Both the position numbers and the translations under genes were made by a program. A stretch of DNA of 64,000 nt from assembly GCA_963422655.1 (NCBI GenBank), contig OY730440.1:1908054-1972053 (forward strand), read 5' to 3'. This document shows positions 1-8,189 of the stretch, in pieces; position 1 is the first letter of the stretch, and each line of letters begins with the position of its first letter. The notes under the pieces are model-generated. The model worked only from the letters and a program-made list of their open reading frames with translations. It had not been told where the DNA came from and did no database searches. This DNA comes from Acidimicrobiales bacterium (lineage in GTDB: Bacteria; Actinomycetota; Acidimicrobiia; Acidimicrobiales; Aldehydirespiratoraceae).

Positions 1-843
1 CGCCGCCGTCGGGGTGGGGTGGGCGGTGTGAGCCACCTCATCGGCCACGCTGCGGTCGGTCTCATGGCCGATCCCGGTGAACACCGGGCGCCCGCAGGCT
101 GCTATGGCCCGAGCCACTGTTTCGTGGTCGAAAGCGGCCAAGTCGGTGCGGCTGCCACCGCCTCGGACCACCACCACCAAGTCGCCGACGCTCGCCGCGG
201 CCGAGATGGCGGCGGCGATGGCTCGAGGTGCCTCCCGACCCTGAACGGGGGTATGTACCTCTGTCACTTCGAAGGCGAAGCGGCTGCGTTCGAGCCGGGA
301 CATGAAATCGGCGTGGGCGGCGCTGCCCAGCGAAGTGACCAGGCCGACCCGCAGCGGTACCGGGGCCATACTGCGAGCGGCGTTAGCCCGCAGCAGACCT
401 TCGCTGGTCAGGGTCTTCATCAGTACCTCCCGCTCGACGACCAGCCGTCCGAGAGTGTGGGCCGGGTCGATGGCGGTCATCTGGAGCTGGATCCTGCCCG
501 CGGGCGGGTAGTAATCGACCGTCGCCTCGATCCGGACCTCGACCCCGTCGGTCATGCGGACGGCGTTGCCGTGGCGCTTGAGCATGGCGTTCACCCGGAC
601 CCGGGCCTCGTTGAAGAGAACGACGTTGACTCTGGCGGCCGGGGTCCCGCCCGGTTGCGGCGCCGGTTCGACGAGGTCGAAGAACACGGGGCCGCCGGCC
701 ATCCGGTGGATGTTGCCGATATCGCCGGTGACCCACACCCTGTCCGGGAAGGCCTGGCCGAGGACACCCCGTAGCCGATCGGCCAGCTCGCCGACGGTCA
801 GGGTCGCCGCGGTCGCCCTCGGATGGCTCGCCTCGGTGCTCAC
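1..843 (-). CDS. xseA: Exodeoxyribonuclease VII large subunit (3' end outside the window)
   Basis: Not in the ORF track. My translation from GTG 843 gives an OB-fold start (VWVTGDIGNI) and the XseA motifs VVRGGGSRTDLAAFD and GIGHETDRSVADEVA..TPTAA. Confidence 0.93.
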   Translation of the reverse strand, partial: MSTEASHPRATAATLTVGELADRLRGVLGQAFPDRVWVTGDIGNIHRMAGGPVFFDLVEPAPQPGGTPAARVNVVLFNEARVRVNAMLKRHGNAVRMTDGVEVRIEATVDYYPPAGRIQLQMTAIDPAHTLGRLVVEREVLMKTLTSEGLLRANAARSMAPVPLRVGLVTSLGSAAHADFMSRLERSRFAFEVTEVHTPVQGREAPRAIAAAISAAASVGDLVVVVRGGGSRTDLAAFDHETVARAIAACGRPVFTGIGHETDRSVADEVAHTAHPTPTAA

Positions 844-848
844 ACTGA

Positions 849-2717
849 CTACGACGAGTCGAGCTCGACCCGGACCAGCGTCTCGTACAGCTCTTCGTAG
901 AGCCCTCCTGAGCGGCGCAGCTCCTCGTGGGAACCCGACTCGATGATCCGGCCCTCGTCGAGCACCACGATGAGGTCGGCGTCGGTAACGGTCGACAGCC
1001 GATGGGCGATCACCAGCGAGGTCCGGTCCGTCAGGGCTTCGGCCAAGGCCTCCTGCACCTGGGCCTCGCTCTCGCTGTCGAGATGCGACGTGGCCTCGTC
1101 GAGGATGACGATGGCCGGGTCTTTCAACAGCATCCGGGCGATGGCCAACCGCTGTTTCTCGCCTCCCGAGAGCCGGTAACCTCGTTCACCGACGACAGTG
1201 TCGTAACCGTCGGGCAGGGCGGCGATCACGTCGTGGATGCGGGCGGCCCGGCAAGCCGCCTCCAGCTCGGCGGCGTGGGCGGACGGTCGGGCATAACGCA
1301 GATTGGCGGCCATGGTGTCATGGAACAAGTGCGGGTCCTGGGTCACCACCCCGATGGCCGAACGCAACGAGTCCTGGGTCAGGTCACGGACGTCGGTGTC
1401 GTCGACGAGAACGGCGCCGCCGGTCACGTCGTGGAGCCGGGGTACCAGCGAAGCCAACGTCGTCTTGCCCGAACCGGACGGACCCACCAGCGCCACCATC
1501 CGACCCGGTTCGATGATGAGGTTTATGTCGCTCAGCACCTCTCCGGACGGTGAGCCCGGTTCGCCGACCAGCGACTCCGCCGTACCCTCGGCCGGAGGCG
1601 GGTAACGGAACCGGACCTGGTCGAAGCGGATCCGTCCCACCGGATCGACGAGATCGCAGGCGTCTTCGGAATCGGTGATCGGGTTCGGGGTGTCGAGCAC
1701 CTCGAAAACCCGTTCGAAGCTCACGAACGCGGTCATGACGTCCACCCGGGCGTTGGATAGGCTGGTCAGGGGCATGTAGATGCGCACCGTGTAGAGGCCG
1801 AGGGCGACCAGCGTGCCCGCTGTCAACGTTTCGTCGATGGTGAGGTGTCCGCCCAGCCAATAGACGATGGCGGTGCCCAATGCTCCCACCAGCGTGAGGG
1901 CGATGAGAAAGACCCGCGAGTACATGGCGCTGCGGACACCGATGTCTCGCACCCTCCCGGCCCGGTCCCCGAAGTCGGCTGCTTCGGTGGCGTGGTTACC
2001 GAAGAGCTTGACCAGAAGGGCGCCGGCCACGTTGAACCGTTCGGTCATCGTGTCGTTCATCGAAGCGTTGAGGTTCATCCCCTCTCGCGTGATGGCTTGG
2101 AGGTGGCGCCCCACCCGGCGGGCGGGCAGGATGAACAGCGGGAGGATGAACACGGCCAACAGTGTGAGTCTCCATTCGAGCAGGAACATGGCGATGAGCG
2201 TCCCCGCCAGCGTGATCACGTTGCCGATCACGGTCCCCAGCGTTCTGGTGAAGGCTCGCTGAGCGCCGATCACGTCGTTGTTGAGCCGGCTGACGAGCGT
2301 CCCCGTTCGGGTGCGGGTGAAGAACAGGATGGGCATGCGTTGTACGTGATCGAACAAGGCGACCCTCAGGTCGAAGATCAGCCCTTCGCCCACCCTCACC
2401 GACAGCCAGCGCTCGACCAGCGATCCGACGGCCTCGCCCAGGGCCGCCGCCACCATGGCCGCAAACAAGATATTGAGGTAGCCGCCGTTGCCGTCTACGA
2501 TTGCGACGTCGAAGATCTTGCGAATGAACAAAGGCGGGAGCAGACCGAGGAAGGTCGAGGCCACGATCGTGGCCATGAAGGCTCCGATCAGGCGCCGGTA
2601 GGGGCGAGCGAAGGACCAGACCCGACGCCGGGTCTCGCGGCTGACCCGGCGGCCCTTCAGGTCCGAACGGTCCGCTGACACGGAGCGCATCACCTGGAAC
2701 TGGTTGGCTGCGGTCAC
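849..2717 (-). CDS. ABC exporter, fused permease/ATPase
   Basis: TM domain, GPSGSGKT, LSGGEKQR, ILDEATS. In-frame GTG 2717 follows GGGAGG. Confidence 0.93.
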   Translation of the reverse strand: MTAANQFQVMRSVSADRSDLKGRRVSRETRRRVWSFARPYRRLIGAFMATIVASTFLGLLPPLFIRKIFDVAIVDGNGGYLNILFAAMVAAALGEAVGSLVERWLSVRVGEGLIFDLRVALFDHVQRMPILFFTRTRTGTLVSRLNNDVIGAQRAFTRTLGTVIGNVITLAGTLIAMFLLEWRLTLLAVFILPLFILPARRVGRHLQAITREGMNLNASMNDTMTERFNVAGALLVKLFGNHATEAADFGDRAGRVRDIGVRSAMYSRVFLIALTLVGALGTAIVYWLGGHLTIDETLTAGTLVALGLYTVRIYMPLTSLSNARVDVMTAFVSFERVFEVLDTPNPITDSEDACDLVDPVGRIRFDQVRFRYPPPAEGTAESLVGEPGSPSGEVLSDINLIIEPGRMVALVGPSGSGKTTLASLVPRLHDVTGGAVLVDDTDVRDLTQDSLRSAIGVVTQDPHLFHDTMAANLRYARPSAHAAELEAACRAARIHDVIAALPDGYDTVVGERGYRLSGGEKQRLAIARMLLKDPAIVILDEATSHLDSESEAQVQEALAEALTDRTSLVIAHRLSTVTDADLIVVLDEGRIIESGSHEELRRSGGLYEELYETLVRVELDSS

Positions 2718-2773
2718 GGCCGTCCTCCCGGCTGAGTCGAGCTTACGCAAGGAAGGGCCGGTAGCGTTTCGGG

Positions 2774-4135
2774 GTGGACCGCGACACGGCCGTCGCACTC
2801 CAGACCGATCATTACGAGGTCACGATGGTGGCCGCTTCGCTCGCTTCGGGTATCGCCGACTGCCGCGCCGTCTTCGAAGCCTTCACCCGCCGCCTGCCCG
2901 AGGGCCGGGCCTACGGCGTGGTGGCCGGCATCGACCGGGTGATGGAGTCCATCGAGAGGTTCCGTTTCGACGACGAGGTGATCGATCACCTGATCAGCGC
3001 CGGTGTCATATCCGACGGTCCCGTGGCCGGCTGGCTCCGCCGCTACCGGTTCGGAGGCAATGTCACCGGTTATGCCGAAGGGGAGTTGTTCTTCCCGTAC
3101 TCGCCGGTGATCACCATCGAGGGGTCCTTCGCCGAGTGCGTAGTGCTCGAGACCGTCGTGCTGTCGATCCTCAACCACGACTGCGCGGTCGCATCGGCGG
3201 CGGCCCGCATCCACGACGTGGCCAACGGTCGCCTCCTCATCGAGGGTGGGAGCAGGCGCACCGATCCCGACGCAGCCGTAGCCGCGGCCCGGGCCGCTCA
3301 CGTGGGGGGCTTCGACACGACCTCGAACCTCGAAGCGGGCCGCCGCTACGGCATCCCCACCGGCGGTACCGCCGCTCATGCCTTCGTGCTCGCCCACGAA
3401 AGCGAGGCGGCCGCTTTTGCCGCCCAGGCCGAGGTGCTGGGCGCCTCCTCCACCTACCTGGTCGATACGTTCGACGTGCTCGAGGGCATCCGTCGGGCCG
3501 TCGAGGTGGTCGGACCGTCCATAGGCGCGGTGCGTATCGACAGCGGCAACCTGCTGGCTGACAGCATCAGGTCTCGCTCCCTGCTCGACGAGCTGGGGGC
3601 GACAGGCTGCCGCATCGTCGTGTCGGGCGACCTCGACGAGTACCGGGTGGCCGAGTTCGAGCAAGCCCGGGCTCCTATCGACGCCTACCTGGTGGGAACG
3701 AGCCTGGTCACGGGGTCGGGCCATCCCACCGCCTCGATCGTCTACAAGCTGGTGGCCATCGCCGACTCGTCGGAGCCCGATGCTGTCCTGCGAGCCGTCG
3801 GGAAGCTCTCGCCGGGCAAGGCGACCGTGGGAGGCCGCAAGAACGTGCACCGCACCGTCGACGAGAACGGCTTCTGGTCGGCCGAGGTGCTCTCGGTACT
3901 GCCCGTGGAGGTTCCCGACAGCTCGCACGACCCCCAGAGCGGTCTGATCGCTGCGGGCGAGCCCATGGTGGCCGGCGCCGTCGACGTGGCTCGGGAACGC
4001 TGCGTCCAGCGCCGGGATAGGCTGCGGCCTTCAGACCGCACCCCCCATCCTCACCGAGCCCCGGCCATCCCGACGGTCTGGGTGGGGGTGGAACAACCCG
4101 TCGAGAAGGAGCCGGAGCCATGCGGCGAGCCTTGA
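2774..4135 (+). CDS. pncB: Nicotinate phosphoribosyltransferase
   Basis: TDHYEVTM, GTAAHAF, LVDTFD, VRIDSG, VYKLV motifs; adjacent to pncA. Confidence 0.93.
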   Translation: MDRDTAVALQTDHYEVTMVAASLASGIADCRAVFEAFTRRLPEGRAYGVVAGIDRVMESIERFRFDDEVIDHLISAGVISDGPVAGWLRRYRFGGNVTGYAEGELFFPYSPVITIEGSFAECVVLETVVLSILNHDCAVASAAARIHDVANGRLLIEGGSRRTDPDAAVAAARAAHVGGFDTTSNLEAGRRYGIPTGGTAAHAFVLAHESEAAAFAAQAEVLGASSTYLVDTFDVLEGIRRAVEVVGPSIGAVRIDSGNLLADSIRSRSLLDELGATGCRIVVSGDLDEYRVAEFEQARAPIDAYLVGTSLVTGSGHPTASIVYKLVAIADSSEPDAVLRAVGKLSPGKATVGGRKNVHRTVDENGFWSAEVLSVLPVEVPDSSHDPQSGLIAAGEPMVAGAVDVARERCVQRRDRLRPSDRTPHPHRAPAIPTVWVGVEQPVEKEPEPCGEP

Positions 4136-4713
4136 TTGTGGTCGACGTTCAAAACGACTTCTGCGAGGGTGGGGCCTTGGCGGTGGCAGGGGGAACGGCC
4201 GTGGCTCGATCCGTCACCGAGCTGGTCGGAACCGACCGGGCCGGCGGCGCCTACCAGTACGTGGTGGCCACCAAAGACTGGCACGTGGATCCCGGCGGGC
4301 ACTTCGCGGCTCTGGGCACCGCCCCGAACTTCGTCGACTCCTGGCCGGTTCACTGCGTGGCGTCCTCACCGGGAGCCGAGTTCCATCCCGCTTTGGCCGT
4401 GGCCGTCGACGAGGTGTTTCTCAAGGGTCGTTTCAGCGCCAGCTACACCGGTTTCGACGGCGGCGCCGTCAGCGACGAGAGCATTTCGCTGGGCTCGTGG
4501 CTGACCGAGCGCGATGTGGAGGCGGTTGACATCGTGGGCCTGGCCACCGACCACTGCGTACGAGCCACCGCCCTCGACGCGGGCAGAGCCGGGTTCGAGA
4601 CGGCGGTCCTCGTAGACCACTGTGCCGGGGTGGCACCCGCCACCACCGAGGCCGCTCTGGCCGAGATGGCCGAGGCCGGTGTCATAGTCGTCGGCCCGAA
4701 TGTTCAGGTTTGA
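4120..4713 (+). CDS. pncA: Nicotinamidase/pyrazinamidase
   Basis: VDVQNDFCEGG, DWH..HF, WPVHC, GLATDHCV. Confidence 0.93.
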   Translation: MRRALIVVDVQNDFCEGGALAVAGGTAVARSVTELVGTDRAGGAYQYVVATKDWHVDPGGHFAALGTAPNFVDSWPVHCVASSPGAEFHPALAVAVDEVFLKGRFSASYTGFDGGAVSDESISLGSWLTERDVEAVDIVGLATDHCVRATALDAGRAGFETAVLVDHCAGVAPATTEAALAEMAEAGVIVVGPNVQV

Positions 4714-4733
4714 TCGAGTTCAGGTTTGATCGA
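4702..4733. repeat. Perfect 16-bp tandem duplication GTTCAGGTTTGATCGA x2
   Basis: Read directly; spans the pncA stop. Confidence 0.9.
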
Positions 4734-4744
4734 GCCCGGGCCGG

Positions 4745-5407
4745 TCAGCTACCGGGCTGTTTCACCACTCTCAGGTAGGGCAACGGCGCCTTCCAGCCCT
4801 GCGGGTACTTCTCGGCGGCCTGCTCGTTGGATACAGCCGGGACTATGATGACGTCTTGGCCCTGTTTCCAGTCGGCCGGTGTGGCCACCTGCTCGGCCGC
4901 GGTGAGCTGGCACGAGTCGAGCAGGCGCAGGATCTCGGCAAAGTTGCGGCCCGTGGTCATCGGGTAGGTGAGCGTGGCCTTGATCTTCTTGTCGGGTCCG
5001 ATGATGAACACCGACCGGGCCGTGGCGTTGTCAGCGGCCGTGCGTCCCTGCGAGGTGTCGCCGGCATCAGCGGGCAACATGTCGTAGAGCTTCACGACAT
5101 CGAGGCCGGGGTCTCCGATCAGCGGGTAGTTGACGGTGTTGCCGGTGGCCGACTCGATGTCGGCCGACCAGCCCCGGTGGTCGCTGACTCCGTCGACGCT
5201 GATGCCGATGATCTTGCAGTTGCGGGCCGCGAACTCGGATTCGAGGCCGGCTACGGCCCCGAGTTCGGTGGTGCACACCGGGGTGAAGTCCTTGGGGTGG
5301 GAAAAGAACAGCGCCCATCCGTTGCCGATCCACTCGTGGAAGTCGATCGTTCCCTCGGTGGTGTCGGCCGTGAAGTCGGGGGCTGTGTCGTTGATTCGCA
5401 AGGCCAT
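4745..5407 (-). CDS. 1-Cys peroxiredoxin (Prx6 type)
   Basis: FSHPKDFTPVCTTE, YPMTTGRNF, ATPADW. Confidence 0.95.
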   Translation of the reverse strand: MALRINDTAPDFTADTTEGTIDFHEWIGNGWALFFSHPKDFTPVCTTELGAVAGLESEFAARNCKIIGISVDGVSDHRGWSADIESATGNTVNYPLIGDPGLDVVKLYDMLPADAGDTSQGRTAADNATARSVFIIGPDKKIKATLTYPMTTGRNFAEILRLLDSCQLTAAEQVATPADWKQGQDVIIVPAVSNEQAAEKYPQGWKAPLPYLRVVKQPGS

Positions 5408-5422
5408 CTCTACCTCCTGTAG

Positions 5423-6313
5423 CTAGTGATCGGTGAATCCTAAGTGGTTGGGTCGGGATTTCCAATCCCGATGGAGTCCCGCCCCGGCGTGAACGGCCAG
5501 GGTCGTGACCACGATGGCGCCTCCGACGTAGGCCGGGGCCCGGATCGCTTCGTCGATCACCAAGGCGGCGAGAACGGGACTCAGAACCGTCTCACCCAGC
5601 AAGAGCAGCGTTGTCTCGGGGCTCGAGAGGTAACGGGCTCCCGCCGCGATCAGGCCGAGGGCGCCCGGAACCACTACGAGGCCGAGCAACAGCAGCGCGG
5701 GAAGATCTCCGGATTCGATGGCGGGTGAGGTTCCGATGCCGGCCAGCACGACGAACCCCGCCACGTTGCCGATAGCGGCCGCGGGCACCATGTCGATGTG
5801 GCTGTGAGCGCGGACGATGGTGAGATTGCCGGCCATTCCAAGAGAAGCGATGAGTGCGAGCATTTCACCGGATCGAACCCCGGCATCGAGGGACCCGCCG
5901 ACGGCAATGGCCACACCGACCAAGGCGAAGGGTATGGCCACCAAGGTACGGGGAGGGATCGGTACGCCGAGCAGAAGGCGGGTAAAACCGACGGCCCACA
6001 TCGGTGAAAGGGCTAGTAGAAGTACCACGTTGGCGACGGCGGTGTTGTTCACCGCCACGACAAAAGAGATGGTGCCGATGCCCCACAGCCCGCTGGAGGC
6101 GGCGCCCCACGGGCCCAGAGATCTCAGGGTCTCGGTCAGTCGTGACCGGCGGTGAACCGCGACGAACGCTCCGAGCGCAACGGCCGACAATCCCGTACGC
6201 CACACGGCGTTGGTGAGGCTCGGCGCCTCGATGAGGCGCACCAGTGTCGCATCGGGGATGATCACGGCCACACCCAGAGAGGTCAGCAAGAAGCCGCGTT
6301 GATGGTCGGTCAC
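5423..6313 (-). CDS. DMT/EamA family transporter
   Basis: About 10 hydrophobic helices in two EamA-like halves. Start taken as GTG 6313 because the longer ORF runs into the tRNA. Confidence 0.85.
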   Translation of the reverse strand: MTDHQRGFLLTSLGVAVIIPDATLVRLIEAPSLTNAVWRTGLSAVALGAFVAVHRRSRLTETLRSLGPWGAASSGLWGIGTISFVVAVNNTAVANVVLLLALSPMWAVGFTRLLLGVPIPPRTLVAIPFALVGVAIAVGGSLDAGVRSGEMLALIASLGMAGNLTIVRAHSHIDMVPAAAIGNVAGFVVLAGIGTSPAIESGDLPALLLLGLVVVPGALGLIAAGARYLSSPETTLLLLGETVLSPVLAALVIDEAIRAPAYVGGAIVVTTLAVHAGAGLHRDWKSRPNHLGFTDH

Positions 6314-6315
6314 CG

Positions 6316-6402
6316 CGGAGAGTATGGGATTCGAACCCATGGTGACCCGGAGGCCACAACGGCTTTCGAGGCCGCCCCATTCGTCCGCTCTGGCAACTCT
6401 CC
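6316..6402 (-). tRNA. tRNA-Ser(CGA)
   Basis: GGAGAGT..ACTCTCC-G acceptor stem, anticodon arm GCGGC-CT-CGA-AA-GCCGT, long variable arm, GGTTCGAATCC; CCA not encoded. Confidence 0.96.
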
Positions 6403-6412
6403 GAGAGTGAGG

Positions 6413-6859
6413 CTAGCGACGAGCGGCGAAGAAATCGGTGAGCAGGGCCGAGCATTCGTCGGCTCGCACACCTGCGGTGATCCCCAGCTCGTGGTTGAGA
6501 CGGGGATCGACCCCCAAGTTGTACAGCGAGCCCAAGGCCCCGGCCTTTCCGTCGGCGGCGCCGTAGACCACCCGGCCGACCCGGGCCTGCTGGAGGGCCC
6601 CGGCGCACATGGGGCACGGTTCGAGCGTCACGGCCACCGTCGCTTCGCTCAGCCGCCAGCTCCCGATCCGGGCCGCGGCGTCCCGCAGCGCCAGGATCTC
6701 GGCGTGGGCGGTGGGGTCGCCGGTCAGTTCCCGCTCGTTGTGGCGCCGGGCCATCAGCTTGCCGCCGACGGCCACCACGGCACCGACGGGCACGTCACGG
6801 TGGGCCTCAGCCGCGCGGGCCTCCTCCAAGGCCAGTCCCATCAGCTCTTCATCGTCCAT
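6413..6859 (-). CDS. tadA: tRNA adenosine(34) deaminase
   Basis: DPTAHAE, TLEPCPMCAGA. Confidence 0.93.
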   Translation of the reverse strand: MDDEELMGLALEEARAAEAHRDVPVGAVVAVGGKLMARRHNERELTGDPTAHAEILALRDAAARIGSWRLSEATVAVTLEPCPMCAGALQQARVGRVVYGAADGKAGALGSLYNLGVDPRLNHELGITAGVRADECSALLTDFFAARR

Positions 6860-6869
6860 TGGGTCGTTG

Positions 6870-7715
6870 CTACGGGTCGATGTCGGTTGCCATCAGGTGA
6901 CGCAGGGCCAAGGCTGCGGTCCTGGTGAGCTCGCCGTCGACCACCGGCAGGCTCACGCCGTCGATCTGGCCGATCGACTGCACACACCGTATGGTCGAGG
7001 TCAGGAATGCTTCGGGAACACCGGGGAGCTCGCTGATGGGCAGATGGGTCTCGGTTGCGCCCACCAACTCCAACAGGAGTTCTCGGGTCACGCCGGCCAG
7101 GCAGCCGGTGTCGAGGGGGGGAGTGTGGAGCGTGGCGCCGTCGGTCCAGAAGATGTTCGAACCCGTGCCTTCGCTCACCCGGCCCCGGGTGTCGGCGAAG
7201 ATCGCCTCACTGGCCCCCTGGCTGCGGGCATGGCGCAGCGCCAGCACGTTCTCGGCGTAGGAGATGGTCTTAACTCCGGCTGTGGCCCCCAGATCGTTGC
7301 GCCGGAACGGCACCACTGCCACCGCCGTCGCCGCCTCCGGAGCCGAGGGAGGGGCTCCGGCCATGACGATGGTGGAGCCACCCCGGTCGCCTCGCACCGA
7401 GCCCAGCGGTCCGCTCCCACTGGTGACGGTCAGTCGTAACACTCCGGCGTCGGGGGCCGAGTCGAGGCACGCAGTGATGGCGCTGCGCAAGACGCCGTCG
7501 CTGTAGGGGCAGTCCAGTGCCAGCGCCGCCGCTGATCTTCGTAGTCGTCGGAGGTGGCGGCCGACGGCGAAAGCGGCTGGGCCGTGCTCGGTGTGCACTA
7601 CCAGCAGTGTCTCGAACACGCCGTCACCGGTGAGCACCCCGTGGTCGTCGACATGCAACTGCGGGTGATCGGTGTCGACCGGACGGCCATTGACCCAGGC
7701 GGCCCGGGCGCTCAT
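6870..7715 (-). CDS. Class IV aminotransferase (PabC/IlvE-like)
   Basis: GDGVFET, HLRRL, VKTISY, EGTGSN, LAGVTR, FLTST. Confidence 0.9.
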   Translation of the reverse strand: MSARAAWVNGRPVDTDHPQLHVDDHGVLTGDGVFETLLVVHTEHGPAAFAVGRHLRRLRRSAAALALDCPYSDGVLRSAITACLDSAPDAGVLRLTVTSGSGPLGSVRGDRGGSTIVMAGAPPSAPEAATAVAVVPFRRNDLGATAGVKTISYAENVLALRHARSQGASEAIFADTRGRVSEGTGSNIFWTDGATLHTPPLDTGCLAGVTRELLLELVGATETHLPISELPGVPEAFLTSTIRCVQSIGQIDGVSLPVVDGELTRTAALALRHLMATDIDP

Positions 7716-7826
7716 GGCCCGAGCCTAGTGGCGCTCGTTTCCGGGGTTGTCCTCGGCGGTGGGTGAGAGTCGGATGAGAGTTGCCTGAGGTAACCACCGA
7801 ACCGGAAACCTGAGAGTGCAATCCGG

Positions 7827-7911
7827 CGGAGGGTGTGGGATTCGAACCCACGGAGGCTCTCACCTCACACGCTTTCCAAGCGTGCCCATTCGGCCGCTCT
7901 GGCAACCCTCC
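7827..7911 (-). tRNA. tRNA-Ser(GGA)
   Basis: Anticodon arm CACGC-TT-GGA-AA-GCGTG, long variable arm, GGTTCGAATCC. Confidence 0.96.
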
Positions 7912-7975
7912 GGATCCGTGGTCCCGTTTCTCGGGACCCGAGATTCGGCACCGGAGGCTATCGTGTGAACCCAGC

Positions 7976-8109
7976 GCCCGCTTCGGGGTGTGACGGCCGG
8001 GTCCTGTGCGACGGGAGCCTGTGAATCGAGTCAGGGTCGGAAGGCAGCAGCTCTCAGCAGAATCTTCCGGGTGCCGCAGACCGCCTGGCCGTCACGCCCG
8101 GAAGCGGGC
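7976..8109 (+). ncRNA. ffs: SRP RNA (4.5S)
   Basis: Helix-8 signature TCAGGGTCGGAAGGCAGCAGC inside a long hairpin closed by GCCCGCTTC/GAAGCGGGC; sits between tRNA-Ser and dnaX. Confidence 0.93.
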
Positions 8110-8189
8110 TCGAGATCGGTTTCGCCAGCTCTACCGGCTCGGCCGACCTATTACCGCCAATGGCCAACCCCAGTTGGAGTCCACGGCAG

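Noticed and set aside
19-774. 251-aa plus-strand ORF and the many other long overlapping ORFs (e.g. 55535-57415, 2714-3928)
   Set aside because: Antisense or alternative-frame shadows of clear high-GC genes; here the real gene is xseA on the minus strand
7737-7817. THF riboswitch for the PabC-like gene
   Set aside because: Only a short resemblance, on the wrong strand; the gene has its own leaderless -10
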